A DNA stretch of 62,982 bases, the filler included, from Reticulomyxa filosa (taxonomy: Eukaryota > Protista > Foraminifera): assembly GCA_000512085.1 (NCBI GenBank). It is 12 parts of 12 records of this genome, joined end to end, with 100 filler letters (N's around TTAATTAATTAA, not from the genome) between each part and the next. Parts side by side here need not be neighbours in the genome. Positions count along the whole stretch, not along the records: positions 11,667 to 42,006 come from ASPP01046428.1; positions 42,107 to 45,136 come from ASPP01007325.1; positions 45,237 to 48,921 come from ASPP01024087.1; positions 49,022 to 50,212 come from ASPP01001257.1; 8 more parts are not named here. One strand, given 5' to 3'. The first letter of the stretch is position 1, and each line of letters starts with the position of its first letter. The notes below the pieces were generated by a model. It worked only from the letters and a program-made list of their open reading frames with translations. It ran no database searches and was not told the DNA's origin. This document shows, in pieces, positions 37,101 through 49,516 of this stretch. The translations under genes were made by a program, and so were the position numbers.

Positions 37101-40100
37101 CATCCAATGAAAAATACCCTCTCTTTGTCCAGGATTTACTCATCGCAATCCAACGCGTGGAAGGAAATGGGATGAATGAAAGCAAATCTAAAATATATAC
37201 CTCCATTTTGTCCAAACTGTATTCCGAGCTTGGAGACATGTCCATTGCTAAAACACAAGTTCTAAAAGAAATGGTGACATATGGATGCTTTCTTAGCAAT
37301 CTCGATCCATGTTCGACGGAGGCAACGCTGTTGAATCGTTGTTTGGAGTCCATACTTTTGAGTGGACAAATAAATGAAAATACTGAGAGTTGGAAGAAGT
37401 GGCGTCGTCAAATTGTCAAAGTAAGGGGAATGAGATTAACGTGGTTGTGGAAATTTCAACAGCGAAAGTGCGTTTGGCTACGCTTATCACTGCCATGATT
37501 CACGAAAATATGGACTTGTCAAAACTGAATAATAATAGTCGCATGAACGAATTATTACAAAAAATGAACCAGTTGTTGGCTATCAATCATTCATACAACA
37601 CTCTTTGCACGTGTGGTTTTTGAAACAACTTTACATGTGCAAAGGGATTCATTGGATTGAAATGGTTTTACTCATTCAGTGGTCCGTCAGCACTTTCCTC
37701 TGCTTGAAAAAGTCAGTTCAAAGAATGTGTTCAGATTGTTGAGTGCAAGGACATTGTGCAATAATGATTTCAATCCATTTATTGGAATCTACGAAAAAGA
37801 ATTACAGAGACGTATTGCATAAAAATATAACCCAAAACTTTGTCTCTGCCAATGATCTACCTGTTTCCTGTCAAATGATTGCCGAGTCTTTGTCACTGAT
37901 TCATTTGTCTGATCACAGCTACTCGGAAAAACAATTACATAGTTACTTTTCTCTCTCTGTCTCTCTCCAATTTATCACAAAAACAAAACAAATAATTAAA
38001 GCAAATAAAAATATATCAATGACTTTTATACAGACTTGCGTACGCATATCCAAACATGTGACAAGGAACTTGCCAAACAAAAAATATTTTGGCAAATTTT
38101 CACTCATCTCACATCTCCTAGAGACACTCGATTGCTTTTTTGGAAGTGTATCAAAGACTCACTTGACTTGATTGTGATAAGACTATGTTTCCATTTTATG
38201 GCGATTATTCCTTTCATGAAACGCAATCCATTCCGATTTCTGTTTGATCCTGATTCATTCTTGGTCAACATGAATTACAATCCCAGTTCGGACGAGCATT
38301 TGAAAATTCGCTGTTCGCACAACCATTCATTTATGATCAATACGTCGTTACCTAAAAATATGACATGTCCATGGAGAGGTTGTGGTGCCACAGTTGCCAA
38401 GGTGTCTGGCAATAGCTCGTTTCTCAAATTGGGGAATGCAATAAACTCAAAGAGCATTTGGTTTATATTGAAGAGATATTATACGTCTCCTCAAAAAATA
38501 GAGCCATGTGGTTTGAGACCGTTGATGTCAACATTATTGCGATTTTTGTATCATTTGTTATTACTGCTGCGAAATGAAGGAGCCCCACAAGATGGAGGCA
38601 AAATTCAAGAACTGATGAGACAAAACGACAAAAATGGCATCTCCAATCTTTTATTGAAAAAGATAAAACAAGATTTCAAAAGTTTGGAAATACAAACAGG
38701 TTTGAACGAAGAGCTATTGAGTATTGCTCTCCATTTGTGGATCAAAGATTTCTTTGAAAAGTTTGAAACGTGGTATCCTCAAGGATTGACCCGTGGCGAT
38801 TTAGCAGAGATCTTTGAATTTGAAAGGAAGGTGGATAAAGAATATGCTACATTTTTTAATTCAAAAGCCAAGTTTATTGAATTCCGAAATAAAAGTGAAC
38901 TTGCACCGAACAATAACAAACAGCTTATAAATTTGATGAACGAAACTGAAAAGATGAAAGGGGCGAACAATCATGATGGAAAAACTTATCTTCCAAACTT
39001 GTTTTTTGAAGTTCAATCATTGTCATGGATGAATTTGGTGAATGTATTTAATAACAATCCTCTTTGTCACAAGAGTATCCTTTGATTGCCAATTGTTGAA
39101 TTGGGACGAAAGCATTTGGTATATTCAATATCTACCCGCTATTGTCAACTTGATCAAGCTTGTGCACACGGAATACTCGCGACAGCTGCTGCCAGATGAA
39201 CTGCGTCAAATTCGTGTGAGTAATATATTGAAGAAACAATGTAAATGTAAGATATGGTGGCATGACTTTGTACGCTGTTGGAACTACTTTGCATTGGATT
39301 GTGAACAGCTAAGCAATGATCAAGATTTTTCAATTGAACGATTATTTGTTGCCAATTCCAATGCAGGCAATACACAATTAAATATTTACAAAATAATCCA
39401 ACTGTTGGAAACTCAAAACAATCAATTTTTGAAAACGTATTGGCAATTCAAGCACTTACACACCCAAGAAATTGAAGAAAAAAAATATGACAATTTGCAA
39501 CAGCCCACACCAAAATGCTCGTATGATATCACTGAAAAAGATATTTTATGTTTCGATAAAATTCATTGCAATGATATTACCCAACAGCGAAGCATTCTAA
39601 CACTGCAGTATAATCAAAGTAACAAATCCAAATGCTTTAGCTTGGCATCCATTGAAAATGATATATATCACACCTTTGTTCATGGCCGAGAACCAATTAT
39701 AATCGTTATTCCTTTATTTGAATATCGTAATGATCTTGATATTCAAAGTTGCATTGCAACTATTGAAACGCGTTATGAAGATTTCAAATATGCGCAATTC
39801 CAGTCTTTTTGGGATAAATTGAACTTGTCAGCTGCTTCATCTTTGAAAAAACAAAAAGCATTGGGAATGTTAAACGATGTAATTGTCTATTTATATCAAA
39901 ATCTTCAAAATCTTCAAGTGGATATGCCATTAACTAAATTACTTAAAAAATTACAATTTGAAGAGAAAGATTGGGTTTTGTTTTCCGAAAGATATTGTCT
40001 CAATGACAAAACAGAGCAACTCTGTGTCAAACATGTTGGAGTGTTGTGGCGTCAATTGCATAATGTAGTTCAATCTGAACGTTTGGATGAAGGTTCAATT

Positions 40101-40445
40101 GCTCCATTTGTTCTTGAAATTTATCGAAAACCTTTAACCAATGAAGCACAAACACGAATCAAAGAATTTGTTAAAAAAACTTCAATGGGTACTATGAAGG
40201 ATCTATTAGCGGCTTGGCGTGAGATTGCTTATAAACAAGGGCAGATCAAACGAAATGCCGAAATTGAAGATTTTACTCATATGCTAAAACAATATCGTGA
40301 TTTACAATATTTTCCACATCAATTTTTGAAATGGAAGCATTGTGCTGCTGCATACCAATATGCATATCAAGAATGGAAGATACAAAACCAATCACCAAAA
40401 AAACCATCGTTAATGAAGAGGATGCTGGCAAAAATGCCTTTTTGA
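25194..40445 (+). CDS. RNF213/mysterin-like giant dynein-related AAA+ ATPase (>4000 aa), N-terminal SAM-like domain and degenerate RZ finger; many introns and apparent single-base frameshifts
   Basis: RNF213-family motifs in order: TSERVGMGKS, FDNLLKMVAI...PVILMGETGCGKT, FVDEVNT...FKELICD, IIAACNPYR, SLRDVSRCLKFF, VGKPGTSKTLS, FDEIGLAEQSPYNPLKKLHQLLE, GISNWNLDAAKMNR, FFGARDFYALVK, IYESLYEMLNQRY, AFLSRFEKQ. Confidence 0.88.
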
Positions 40446-40926
40446 AAAAACCATTTTATCTTTTATTTTTTAATATAATTAATTCTCTTTAGTAAAAATA
40501 CAAGTGTTTATAAATAGACATACATCTTTTCTAATTTGAAAATTAATTTTTCTTTATTGACTAGGCACTTTATTTGTTCCTTTCAGTAAATCAATATCAC
40601 AAACTTTGGTCGATTTTCTCCATAAAATGAACATTTAAACCTAATTTTGTTTTAAAAACATCTATAGATATTGTAGTTCTTAAATATGAAATTGGTTTCA
40701 AATAACTTTTTTTAGATTAGTTAAAAACATCGTTTTTTTCATATAATTTTTGAAAATTTCGCACATAAATCAAACACGTGTTGCTTAAATCTTTTTGTGA
40801 ATGATTTTTGATTTTGATGAAAATGCTTTTTTATTATCTATTTCGAAAATTTGAAAATATTGTATTGATTAATTTTATTGTTGGGAAAGACTTTCTTTAA
40901 ATTATAAAAATTTTGTAATATCCTTA

Positions 40927-41964
40927 TTATTGTCCCCAAATACAAATATTACCGTTACTTGAACCATTACATAAATTGACGTCCCAAACATAATAATCAG
41001 AATTTTTTTTATGTTTTGATTCTAAGAATTGAAGAGAATATATTTCACGATCTCCTTCAATTAGATATAATTGCTTATTTATTCGAATATCCCAAAAACG
41101 AATTGTACGATCACTTGATCCAGAACATATCACATTTGGATTAATAATTGATGTTGTATTATTGTTTACAAATGGTGAATATTCAACAACATTAACAGTT
41201 TGAGTATGTTCTTTAAATATATTTATTTCTTTTTTTGATCGAATATCCCATAAACGAACACTTGTATCATATGATCCATAACATATTATATTTGTTTGAT
41301 ATGGTGAATATTTTATACTGTTTACACTACTTTGTGTTTCAAAGATAATTATTTCTTTAAATGTTTCAACATCCCATAAACGAATAGTATTATCCCATGA
41401 TCCAGAACAAATAGTATATCCATTACCACCAATTATACCAATATTTTTATTTTCATTATTATTATTATGTAATGATGAAAATTCTACACACCAAACAGCC
41501 CATTTATGTCCATTAAAAATATTTAATGATTGAAATGTCTTAATATCCCATAAACGAATAGTATTATCATATGATCCAGAACATAAATATCTACCATTAT
41601 TAAATGATGAAAATGAAATTCCACAAACACCTTGTGTATGTCCATTTAATACTTGAAATTTACTTGTTGTTTTAAAATCTCAAAAATGAATAATTTTGTC
41701 TAATGATGAAGAGCAAATAGCAGGACGATGATAATAATTATGATATGGAGAAAATTTCACACAATATATATCATTTGAATATCCATAAAAAACTTTAACC
41801 TGTTGCTTAGTATCAATATTCCATACACGAATTGTGCTATCTTTTGATCCAGAACAAAGATATCGAGCACCATTGAATGTTGAATAATCAATACTCCATA
41901 CAATATCACTATGTCCAGTTAATTCTTTAGGTAATATAGATGATGAAATAAATGTATCAATCAT
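40927..41964 (-). pseudogene. WD40-repeat gene (~7 repeats, very AT-rich) with one in-frame TGA at 41680-41682; probably 5'-truncated at the contig end
   Basis: Repeated GH...VWSIDYS...LCSGSxDxTIRxWD units. The frame continues past HF*DFKTT, where FWD is expected, to ...ICIWGQ*. Confidence 0.8.
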
Positions 41965-42006
41965 AAATAGGGTAGATATCTATATTTAATATTAAATATT
42001 TATAAT

Positions 42007-42106
42007 NNNNNNNNNNNNNNNNNNNNNNNNNNNNNNNNNNNNNNNNNNNNTTAATTAATTAANNNNNNNNNNNNNNNNNNNNNNNNNNNNNNNNNNNNNN
42101 NNNNNN
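42007..42106. other. Artificial contig spacer
   Basis: N44-TTAATTAATTAA-N44. Confidence 0.98.
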
Positions 42107-42290
42107 TTTTCTCGAAAATTTTCAAAAATGAATAAAATATTCAAATTTTTTAAATAATTAGTAAAGATGTAATAAAAAATGAAAATGATATTTAAAAAGT
42201 ACACGATTGTAGATATTAAAAAAAAAAATTAGGTCTGAATGTTGTTTTTTCATGTAGAAAATCAATCATCTCTATAAGGTGCCGTTTTAG
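42107..42290 (+). repeat. Dispersed repeat, copy 1 (homologous to 58173-58284), carrying an extra ~72 nt
   Basis: TTTTCTCGAAAATTTTCAAAAATGAATAAAATATTCAAATTTTTTAAATAATTAG...GTCTGAATGTTG...ATCATCTCTATAAGGTGCCGTTTTAG aligns with 58173-58284. Confidence 0.8.
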
Positions 42291-42912
42291 ATGTCAACTT
42301 TACTTTGATTCTACTGTATATTTATGAGTATTGATTTGTGAACATTGTATTGATATATTATATTACTATACTTCATCTTCGATTACAAAAACAATAATAT
42401 ACTTATATATTTCAATAAAAAATTTAACAACTGAATACTGGCAGAAATTGTATAAAATATAAAGATTCAACTGTTAATAAAGATATTTCATGTTATATTT
42501 TCGACAAATACACTAGAAAAAAGCTGTTATTAAGTGTATTTGTACAAAGGAAAGCGATAGAATATATAATTCTTTTTTTGCGAAAGAACTTGACTAGCTT
42601 AATGTCATTGTGAAGACATTCCAAACGTATTACTTCATATACACAAACGTAGCATTTCATTAAAAATACACATTATAGACTAAAAACTTGATGAAAGCTA
42701 TTGCTTCACCGATGTTTTATTATTTTCTCTTTTTCAAAAACGTATTGTCTTAGCATTGTTGAAAGTTTTTGCTTTGTGCAACTGTGTAAAATTTTTTTTA
42801 GGAGTTTTATGAAGTTCATAATTTTGTGTTTGTCTATTAAGTCCAGATTAAACGCAAAGAAAATGGATCGATTGAAATCGAATTAACTTGGAAAGAGTAA
42901 AACTAAAAAAAG

Positions 42913-44536
42913 CTAAGGCAATTGCACAACGATAGGTTGATCTTCGTCATCAGTAGCATCAAAGTTCTTTTGAAACTTTTGAAGCAAAAGTGTTTTCAAA
43001 AAGGAAACCTGAGTACTCATAGGTTTAGACATTTGTGTTTCAGACAAAATTTGCATCAAGTTGTGTAAGCTCTTGTTTAAGAAGTTTGTGCTAGTTAGTT
43101 CATTGGTAAAGAAATCATCTGGCAACTCTTTCAATTGGATAGATATAATCCGAATGAATTTCAAATACAAATCTTTGTAGAGTTCTACTCCCTCTTCGCA
43201 ATTGCATAGCAAATCAACAATTCGTTTCCATTGTTCCAATCCAGACAACGTGCGACCGATCAAGAAGCAAACAAAGCTATACTGCATTTCGGCGAGCAGT
43301 TCACTTTCGTCTATATCCAAACATGCGCACATGCAGCTATTGTATAAACATATATGTACATAAGTATATGATATACAGTGTTGAGTGAGAAGGGATAGCG
43401 AAACAAAAGAAACTAAGTGAGCTCGAACAAACCAGTGAGTTTTTCCAGCACGTATTTCAAAATGGGTGTTCTATCCATATGCAATTTGGTCAGCTGTGAG
43501 GCAGTGAAGATAGTACTAGATTGGCTTTCATTGTCCTGACCATCTCCACGTTTGTCATTATTTGAATCCGAAACCGATTTTTGTTTGTGTTTGTTCTGAT
43601 TCGAGAGAGCTTGGCGTTGGAATGATGCAACAGAAGGTATATTACAATAATAAGGATGGTACCTTTTCAATTCAAATCTTGCCATATCATATTGTTTGCC
43701 GTGATCCAATCGACTAGTCTTCTCGGCGTGCATTTCCAACTCTTTTCGATTTGTTTCTGCTTCCTCTTCCGTTTCTTGTCTTCGGTCACGTTCATTGCGA
43801 TGTGCGTCCTTTTCTTCTTTCTTCGAATCTTCCTCGCACATTGCCATTTTGCCACTCGTACGTTTCCATTCTTCTTCAACTTTTTTTTTATTATCACACA
43901 CACATATGTACATTTGGGCATATTGTTTTGCAAATACGTATTCACAACAAAAAGAGACACACAAAAAAAATTCTTTAATAAACGTTGAATTTCCGCAAAT
44001 GCGCTTGTGATAAGTTTGTCGATTGGGGATAAACGATCGATCGTCTTTTCGGTTATTAGATTGGTCAATGCTTTCCAATTTGAATACTTATTTAATGGAT
44101 ATGGCCCTAAATTTTCATCGAATTCCATTCTTTCTACGCCTGTTTTTATTTTTTTGTGTTTTATTTATCTTTGTCAATTTATATCATCTTCTTTTTTTTT
44201 AAAAAAAAACCTTTGCTGCAATCTCTCTGCTTGCTCTTTGTCCGGATATGCGATCATGCAATCCAAATCTTTTTGCCACAAATAGCTGTTGACTTGTTTC
44301 AAATTTAACCACAGAAAAAATCCCATTCGATTGTAATTATCATTACAAAGGCATGTATGAATGAAGTGCGGTCCTGGGGGGATCATCTTCACTCCTTTGA
44401 ACTGGTCTCCTATTTCAAAGGTTAGATAATCTATTCCAAATAATGTTTTTTCTGGCAATTCCAGGCATAACAGAGCGGCACCATTTTTCGCGAGCTCTGT
44501 CGCACGATCAGGAGAAATTTTCAATGATTCGGACAT
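42913..44536 (-). CDS. AAR2: U5 snRNP assembly factor AAR2, multi-exon
   Basis: LPEKTLFGIDY...FKGVKMIPPGPHFIH, FDENLGPYP...WKALTN, ELLAEMQYSFVCFLIG...LEQWKRIVDLLCNC, QLKELPDDFF...NFL. Confidence 0.93.
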
Positions 44537-45136
44537 GATAGGATTATTTATCCCAAAGGGGGAGAACAGATAACGCACTTTTTCTTTAGTTAGACTCAAC
44601 TAGCAAGTTAACAGCACTAGTCCAAGCGAACATATCTCTTAATAAAAAATGAAAAAATAATCGAATGCGTTATTTATGCTTGCAATATTTGCTTAAAAAT
44701 TTTTGTAGTAGAAGAAATTCTTCGTTATATCTAAATGCTCGTCATTGTTTCCGCTACAAATTTTACAAGTTTTTGCACTACATTGACCATAACTTCGGAG
44801 TACAATGTCAGTGGCTCTATCATTGTGTTTTTTAAATTGATCGAGTTAAATGTAAGCACTGTCAGTGTATAATATATTTGAATTATTGTACTTTGTTTTG
44901 GTGATTCAACAGAGATAAGATGTATTATGCTATGATTAAAAGCCTGATTGATTATAGTGTAGAATCTTGTGTTCATTTAGGTGCCACATTGGTATCATTG
45001 TAATTATCTGTCAATCAGTTTAGTAACAAAAAAGGTTCAAGTAAATTTAACTTAGATCATAGTTAGTATTATGTTGTAATACATTATGAGTGTGAATTAC
45101 CTTGTGCTTTATATATAAATATATGACAAGTAACTT

Positions 45137-45236
45137 NNNNNNNNNNNNNNNNNNNNNNNNNNNNNNNNNNNNNNNNNNNNTTAATTAATTAANNNNNNNN
45201 NNNNNNNNNNNNNNNNNNNNNNNNNNNNNNNNNNNN
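45137..45236. other. Artificial contig spacer
   Basis: N44-TTAATTAATTAA-N44. Confidence 0.98.
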
Positions 45237-46253
45237 TTTTTTGTGTCAATACTTTTATTTTATTTGTCAAAAAAAAAAAAATAAGTAAACATTTTTTTTT
45301 TTGACATATCTGTTTAAGACGAAGGAACGGTGAAGATTGATGCAATAAAAAAAAAAATAATTATTGACAATTTTGAGCATTACGACTCAACATTTTAATA
45401 ATGTTCCTGTTATTGACGTTTTTGGTATTTTGAGTCGTTTTTGTGTCAAATCAAAATTATACTCAAAAATATTTTATTAAAAAAATGTTTTGATTTCGAA
45501 AAAATAATTTAAAATAAATTTTTAACATTAATCAGATTGAACTTGAATTTTTTTGAAAAAATTAAAATTAAAATTAAATGACAATGAGTAATTAGAATGG
45601 ATTCCTCCTGGCCTCTAAGAGGTAGTCTACACATTAAACGAATTAAAACATACAATAGGGCCGTCATTCAACAATCTAGTGCCAACAATAAACATTTTAA
45701 AAAATAATGCACTTTTGTTAATTTGTTGTGAAAATTTCATTGTTGAATCAGTTTTTTGTGTGCTGACAAATAATTGAAAGAAAATATTAAAAATAATAGA
45801 TTTCTTGACAATAACTGACACCAGTCATTATTTTTTGTGATCGTTACACACTTTTTAAGTTTTTTTATTGCATGATCGGCCAGAGAAATACTATTCTGAA
45901 ATTTTTGTTTAAAACAGTTACATTTTTTAGCAAAAATTAAGTTGGGATATAAGTAACTGTCGCAAAAAAAAAATTATCAATGGCAAGTATTAATTAAATT
46001 TGACTTTATTGATAATTTCCAAATAAAAGAAAACTTTTTTTTCTGAACAACCCTTGATGCACCACACATATTTGCACTCCAACTGCATCACGCTTGTATA
46101 CGCAAAACCCGGAGTGACAAAAAGTTTGGAGCCTTCACTAACATTTGCTTTGAAGAAGACGATTAACAATAAAATAAAAATAATTATAAAAAAAAAACGA
46201 GAGAGTAAGATAATGCAAATTTATCTACCTTCCCATGTGTGAATGCTTGATTT

Positions 46254-47838
46254 CTAGTATCTCACGTTTGTGTTTGACACACAATACTTTTGACCAGAGT
46301 TTCTTTGGTCATTAGATTGAACGACAATAATCTTACTGCATTCATTTTGTGTATTGTTGGAATATTTCGGATCGGTCGCAAGCGCTTGAACTGCATTTGC
46401 GTTTTTCCACGTGATATGGATATGATCTCTTAAGTACTTCCACCAATTACTTTGCTTTGGAGTCTTTCTCATATTTTCAAGTTGAACTACAGTGGGTGAC
46501 TTAAAGCTCGACTCCTCCGTGGGATACGTATTTGGTGAAGATTTTAGTTTCATTTGCTCGCAGTTTTGTACATTTTTGTCTTCTGTGGCATTGTCATTGG
46601 ACATATTTAAATTTTCAAATGGTTGCAAAACTACCTCCATTTTTTGAGTAGCTCCAAGATTTCCCTTCATGTCACTCTGACTTTCTTCCTCTCCGTTTTT
46701 GTACTGCTTGTTCAAGTTCGCTTCGCTGTTTTCATTGGATATAATTGGCTGGACTTGCTGCATTTTTGTAGCTCCAACAACGATCGAAAGAGAGCTATTG
46801 CTCGGTTTTTCTGACTCCGGATTGACCACCATCGAATTTCTTTGTTTCATTACAATAATATTACTAGATTCATTAGATTGATCTTCTCCTGTTTTTGCAG
46901 GCAACATTGCCTGGCCTTCTTTGCTGAGAGATTTTTGTGAGCGCTTCATTAGCCAGTCATAGGTAGTTGTGTGATGACATATCAAATATAGGTGAAACAA
47001 AATCAGTTGAGTAAGCGAGAATACACATAAACCGGCCAACACGATATGAAAATTCAACAACACTGACAATAGTATGTGCAATGAATAAGGTATAAAGAGA
47101 TGATCCTGCTTGTAATTTATGTTCAAAAAGTTATTTTGCAATTGCACAATCACTGCTAAGAATATCTCATAAATGAGGAGACAATCTAAAAAAGTTCATT
47201 TTTTTTTAAAAGTGTGTTTATTCAGTTATCCAATTTGCTTGTTTATAATTTTATGTATTTGTTATCGGACACTTAACCACAAGAGGTCATGGTTAAAAAA
47301 AACGCGGAGTAGTTTTGGTCTGAAACACAGTTGTTCAGCCAAATGCAATGATGATCAAAATTAGAAGTACAACGATCACAAGCTCGGCAATGCTTGGAGT
47401 ATTGAGAAACATAGCAATCACATCTCTTACACCATTTGAGATCATTCAAGATACCATTTTTTGTGTACTTTGCAGTCAATTTCTCGATTTCAACTAACGG
47501 ATTCGGGTACCCTCGTTCTCGCAAGAACGGATCCACAACGTTTGCAGTGGTTGCCAAATAAGCAGAAGTGAACACAACAGAGGCAAAAAAAAAATGGCAA
47601 ATATTCATCCAAATACACTGTCGATTATTATAGCAGCCTACTGCGATATGAAAATTTACATTTAAATAAGCAAATACAACCCAAGATGTCACCTATTTTG
47701 CAATAAATATTGGAACAAGCAAACAAATAAAAATTCATTTATAAACTCATAAAGTATTGAGTGCATCAATAAATAAAGAGCTTTAATGTAAACCTGTGAC
47801 GGGTGTTTGGGACTATCCATACCATTAATTCGTCCCAT
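46254..47838 (-). CDS. DHHC palmitoyltransferase (ZDHHC1/11-like), multi-exon; the 3' end may extend to ~46000
   Basis: MGRINGMDSPKHPSQ start, then CKRCDCYVSQYSKHCRACDRCTSNFDHHCIWLNNCV...NY and QLILFHLYL...TTYDW. Confidence 0.9.
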
Positions 47839-48287
47839 TTTCTGTTTTTAAATATGTTTGGCTTCAATTTTTGTTTTTTTAATCTCTGTATTTGCGTTGT
47901 GTAAGTTTGCTTTGACGCCAGAATTTCATTTTGGCGTATATATGTATTATATATAATATAAGACTCAAAAATGAGTACAGTTTTAAAATATAATTTTGCA
48001 ACATTTTTTTCATATCAATGAACAATTTTTCATATTCTTGCTCTTATTTTAACTCATTAAATAAGCTCATAAACTTAGGTATAACATTTATTTTTTCTAT
48101 TGGATGCATACAAATGCGATATTACGCCAAAATTGACAATAGTAAAAAATATTTAACAAAACATGTTTAAAAAGTCAAAAAAAAAAGATTTTCCAAGAGA
48201 TGTAATGCTTACTTGCTGAACCTCCAAGGAGTAGATTTGGAAGTTGTTGACGAAAAGTATTTCTTAGTGTAATCCTCCAGTGAATAA

Positions 48288-48768
48288 ATGAGGTGTTTAC
48301 AAAGAGAAATGTTGAAGTCACATCCAAGTCGTTCATTGATATTGCCCAAAACAAATCCATCACAAACGTTGAAAGCAAGGATATTTCCGTCGATTTCTTG
48401 TAGCAGTTATTGGACACATTGGCAATGTTTGACGAGACAGCCTAATGGCAATGAACAGACAAGCATAGGGTCGAGCGCAGTGTTACTCGTTTCTAAGAGA
48501 CACGCCCGCACCCCAGTGACGCGAAATAAAAAAATGGAAGAGTTTCAGACGTATGTGGAGTCGATAAAAGAAAAGAAGAAAATGTTTTTACAGTCGATTA
48601 CGGAGAAGCTTGAGATCGATCAAAAGAATGCTATACCATTACGAGAAGCCATAAAGCGTGCTTGTCGATTATCCAAAGTGCACTCCGACGAAACTGTTGA
48701 AGTTATAATCCCACTCATTACCCATTTGATCATGAAAAAAACACCCAAAAGTTACTTTGTGAAATTTG
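48288..48768 (+). CDS. First exon of an unknown helical protein, truncated by the contig end (start may be 48534)
   Basis: ORF 48288-48806 has coding-like composition and a GT donor followed by a T-run at ~48769. Confidence 0.4.
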
Positions 48769-48921
48769 GTAAAATTTTTTTTTTTTTTTTTTTTTTTTGT
48801 GTTTGAGCCCCTTTTTTCGAAATGTTACACCCTTTCCTCACATTCACTCATTCTCTTCTTTCCTATTTTCCTCTTCTTACCTCTTTCAAGAGTTCATTTA
48901 AAAAAAAAAAAAAAAAAAAAA

Positions 48922-49021
48922 NNNNNNNNNNNNNNNNNNNNNNNNNNNNNNNNNNNNNNNNNNNNTTAATTAATTAANNNNNNNNNNNNNNNNNNNNNNN
49001 NNNNNNNNNNNNNNNNNNNNN
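48922..49021. other. Artificial contig spacer
   Basis: N44-TTAATTAATTAA-N44. Confidence 0.98.
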
Positions 49022-49516
49022 GAGACATTTGTCTCCATACAAAGCTCAACATCTGATCTTGCCACTGAATTGATCTCCTTGTTCACCAATGCTGGAATGA
49101 TATAAATCTTACTGTGTTCAATGTCTTAAATTGTGTGAATAAATTCTTTGTGTTGCCTTCATGCAGTGAATTGATACTGTTGATGTTTTTCTAATTGCGA
49201 TATCCTTCGCAATTGCTTGGCAGCTTTCTTATATAGCATCAGACTCCTTGGTACTGCTTTGTCCAATGTCTCAGTGTTACCCAATACAATAGGATCAATA
49301 GATTGCATCCAATTGTCAATATTCCTTTTTAATCTCAATATAAATTGCTTCTCAGATTCCAAGTCTCAATCTTTTGTCGTTCAATTCGTGGTGAAGACCA
49401 CGTGATCTTGATATTGAACGTGATTGGGAGATGATCTGAGTGCACATCCAATTCAACATCATCTGTTCTCCAATTGCTAACAAATGGAACATAATGTGAT
49501 ATCAATGCTTGATGTC
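49022..49516 (-). mobile_element. Degenerate LINE fragment: end of APE endonuclease domain and linker
   Basis: SSIDITLC/...VSNWRTDDVELDVHSDHLPITFNI (the SDHxP motif of APE endonucleases), followed by frameshifted linker sequence. Confidence 0.75.

Noticed and set aside
29825-41682. Alternative genetic code (TGA=Trp) suggested by in-frame TGAs
   Set aside because: TGA terminates intact genes here (PCYOX1 after KDEL, CDC73), Trp is encoded by TGG, and the RNF213-like TGAs are explained by frameshifts.
45237-45460. TGTCAA/TTGACA motifs and an A/T hairpin resembling a bacterial -35 box or terminator
   Set aside because: Eukaryotic AT-rich intergenic DNA where such matches are expected by chance.
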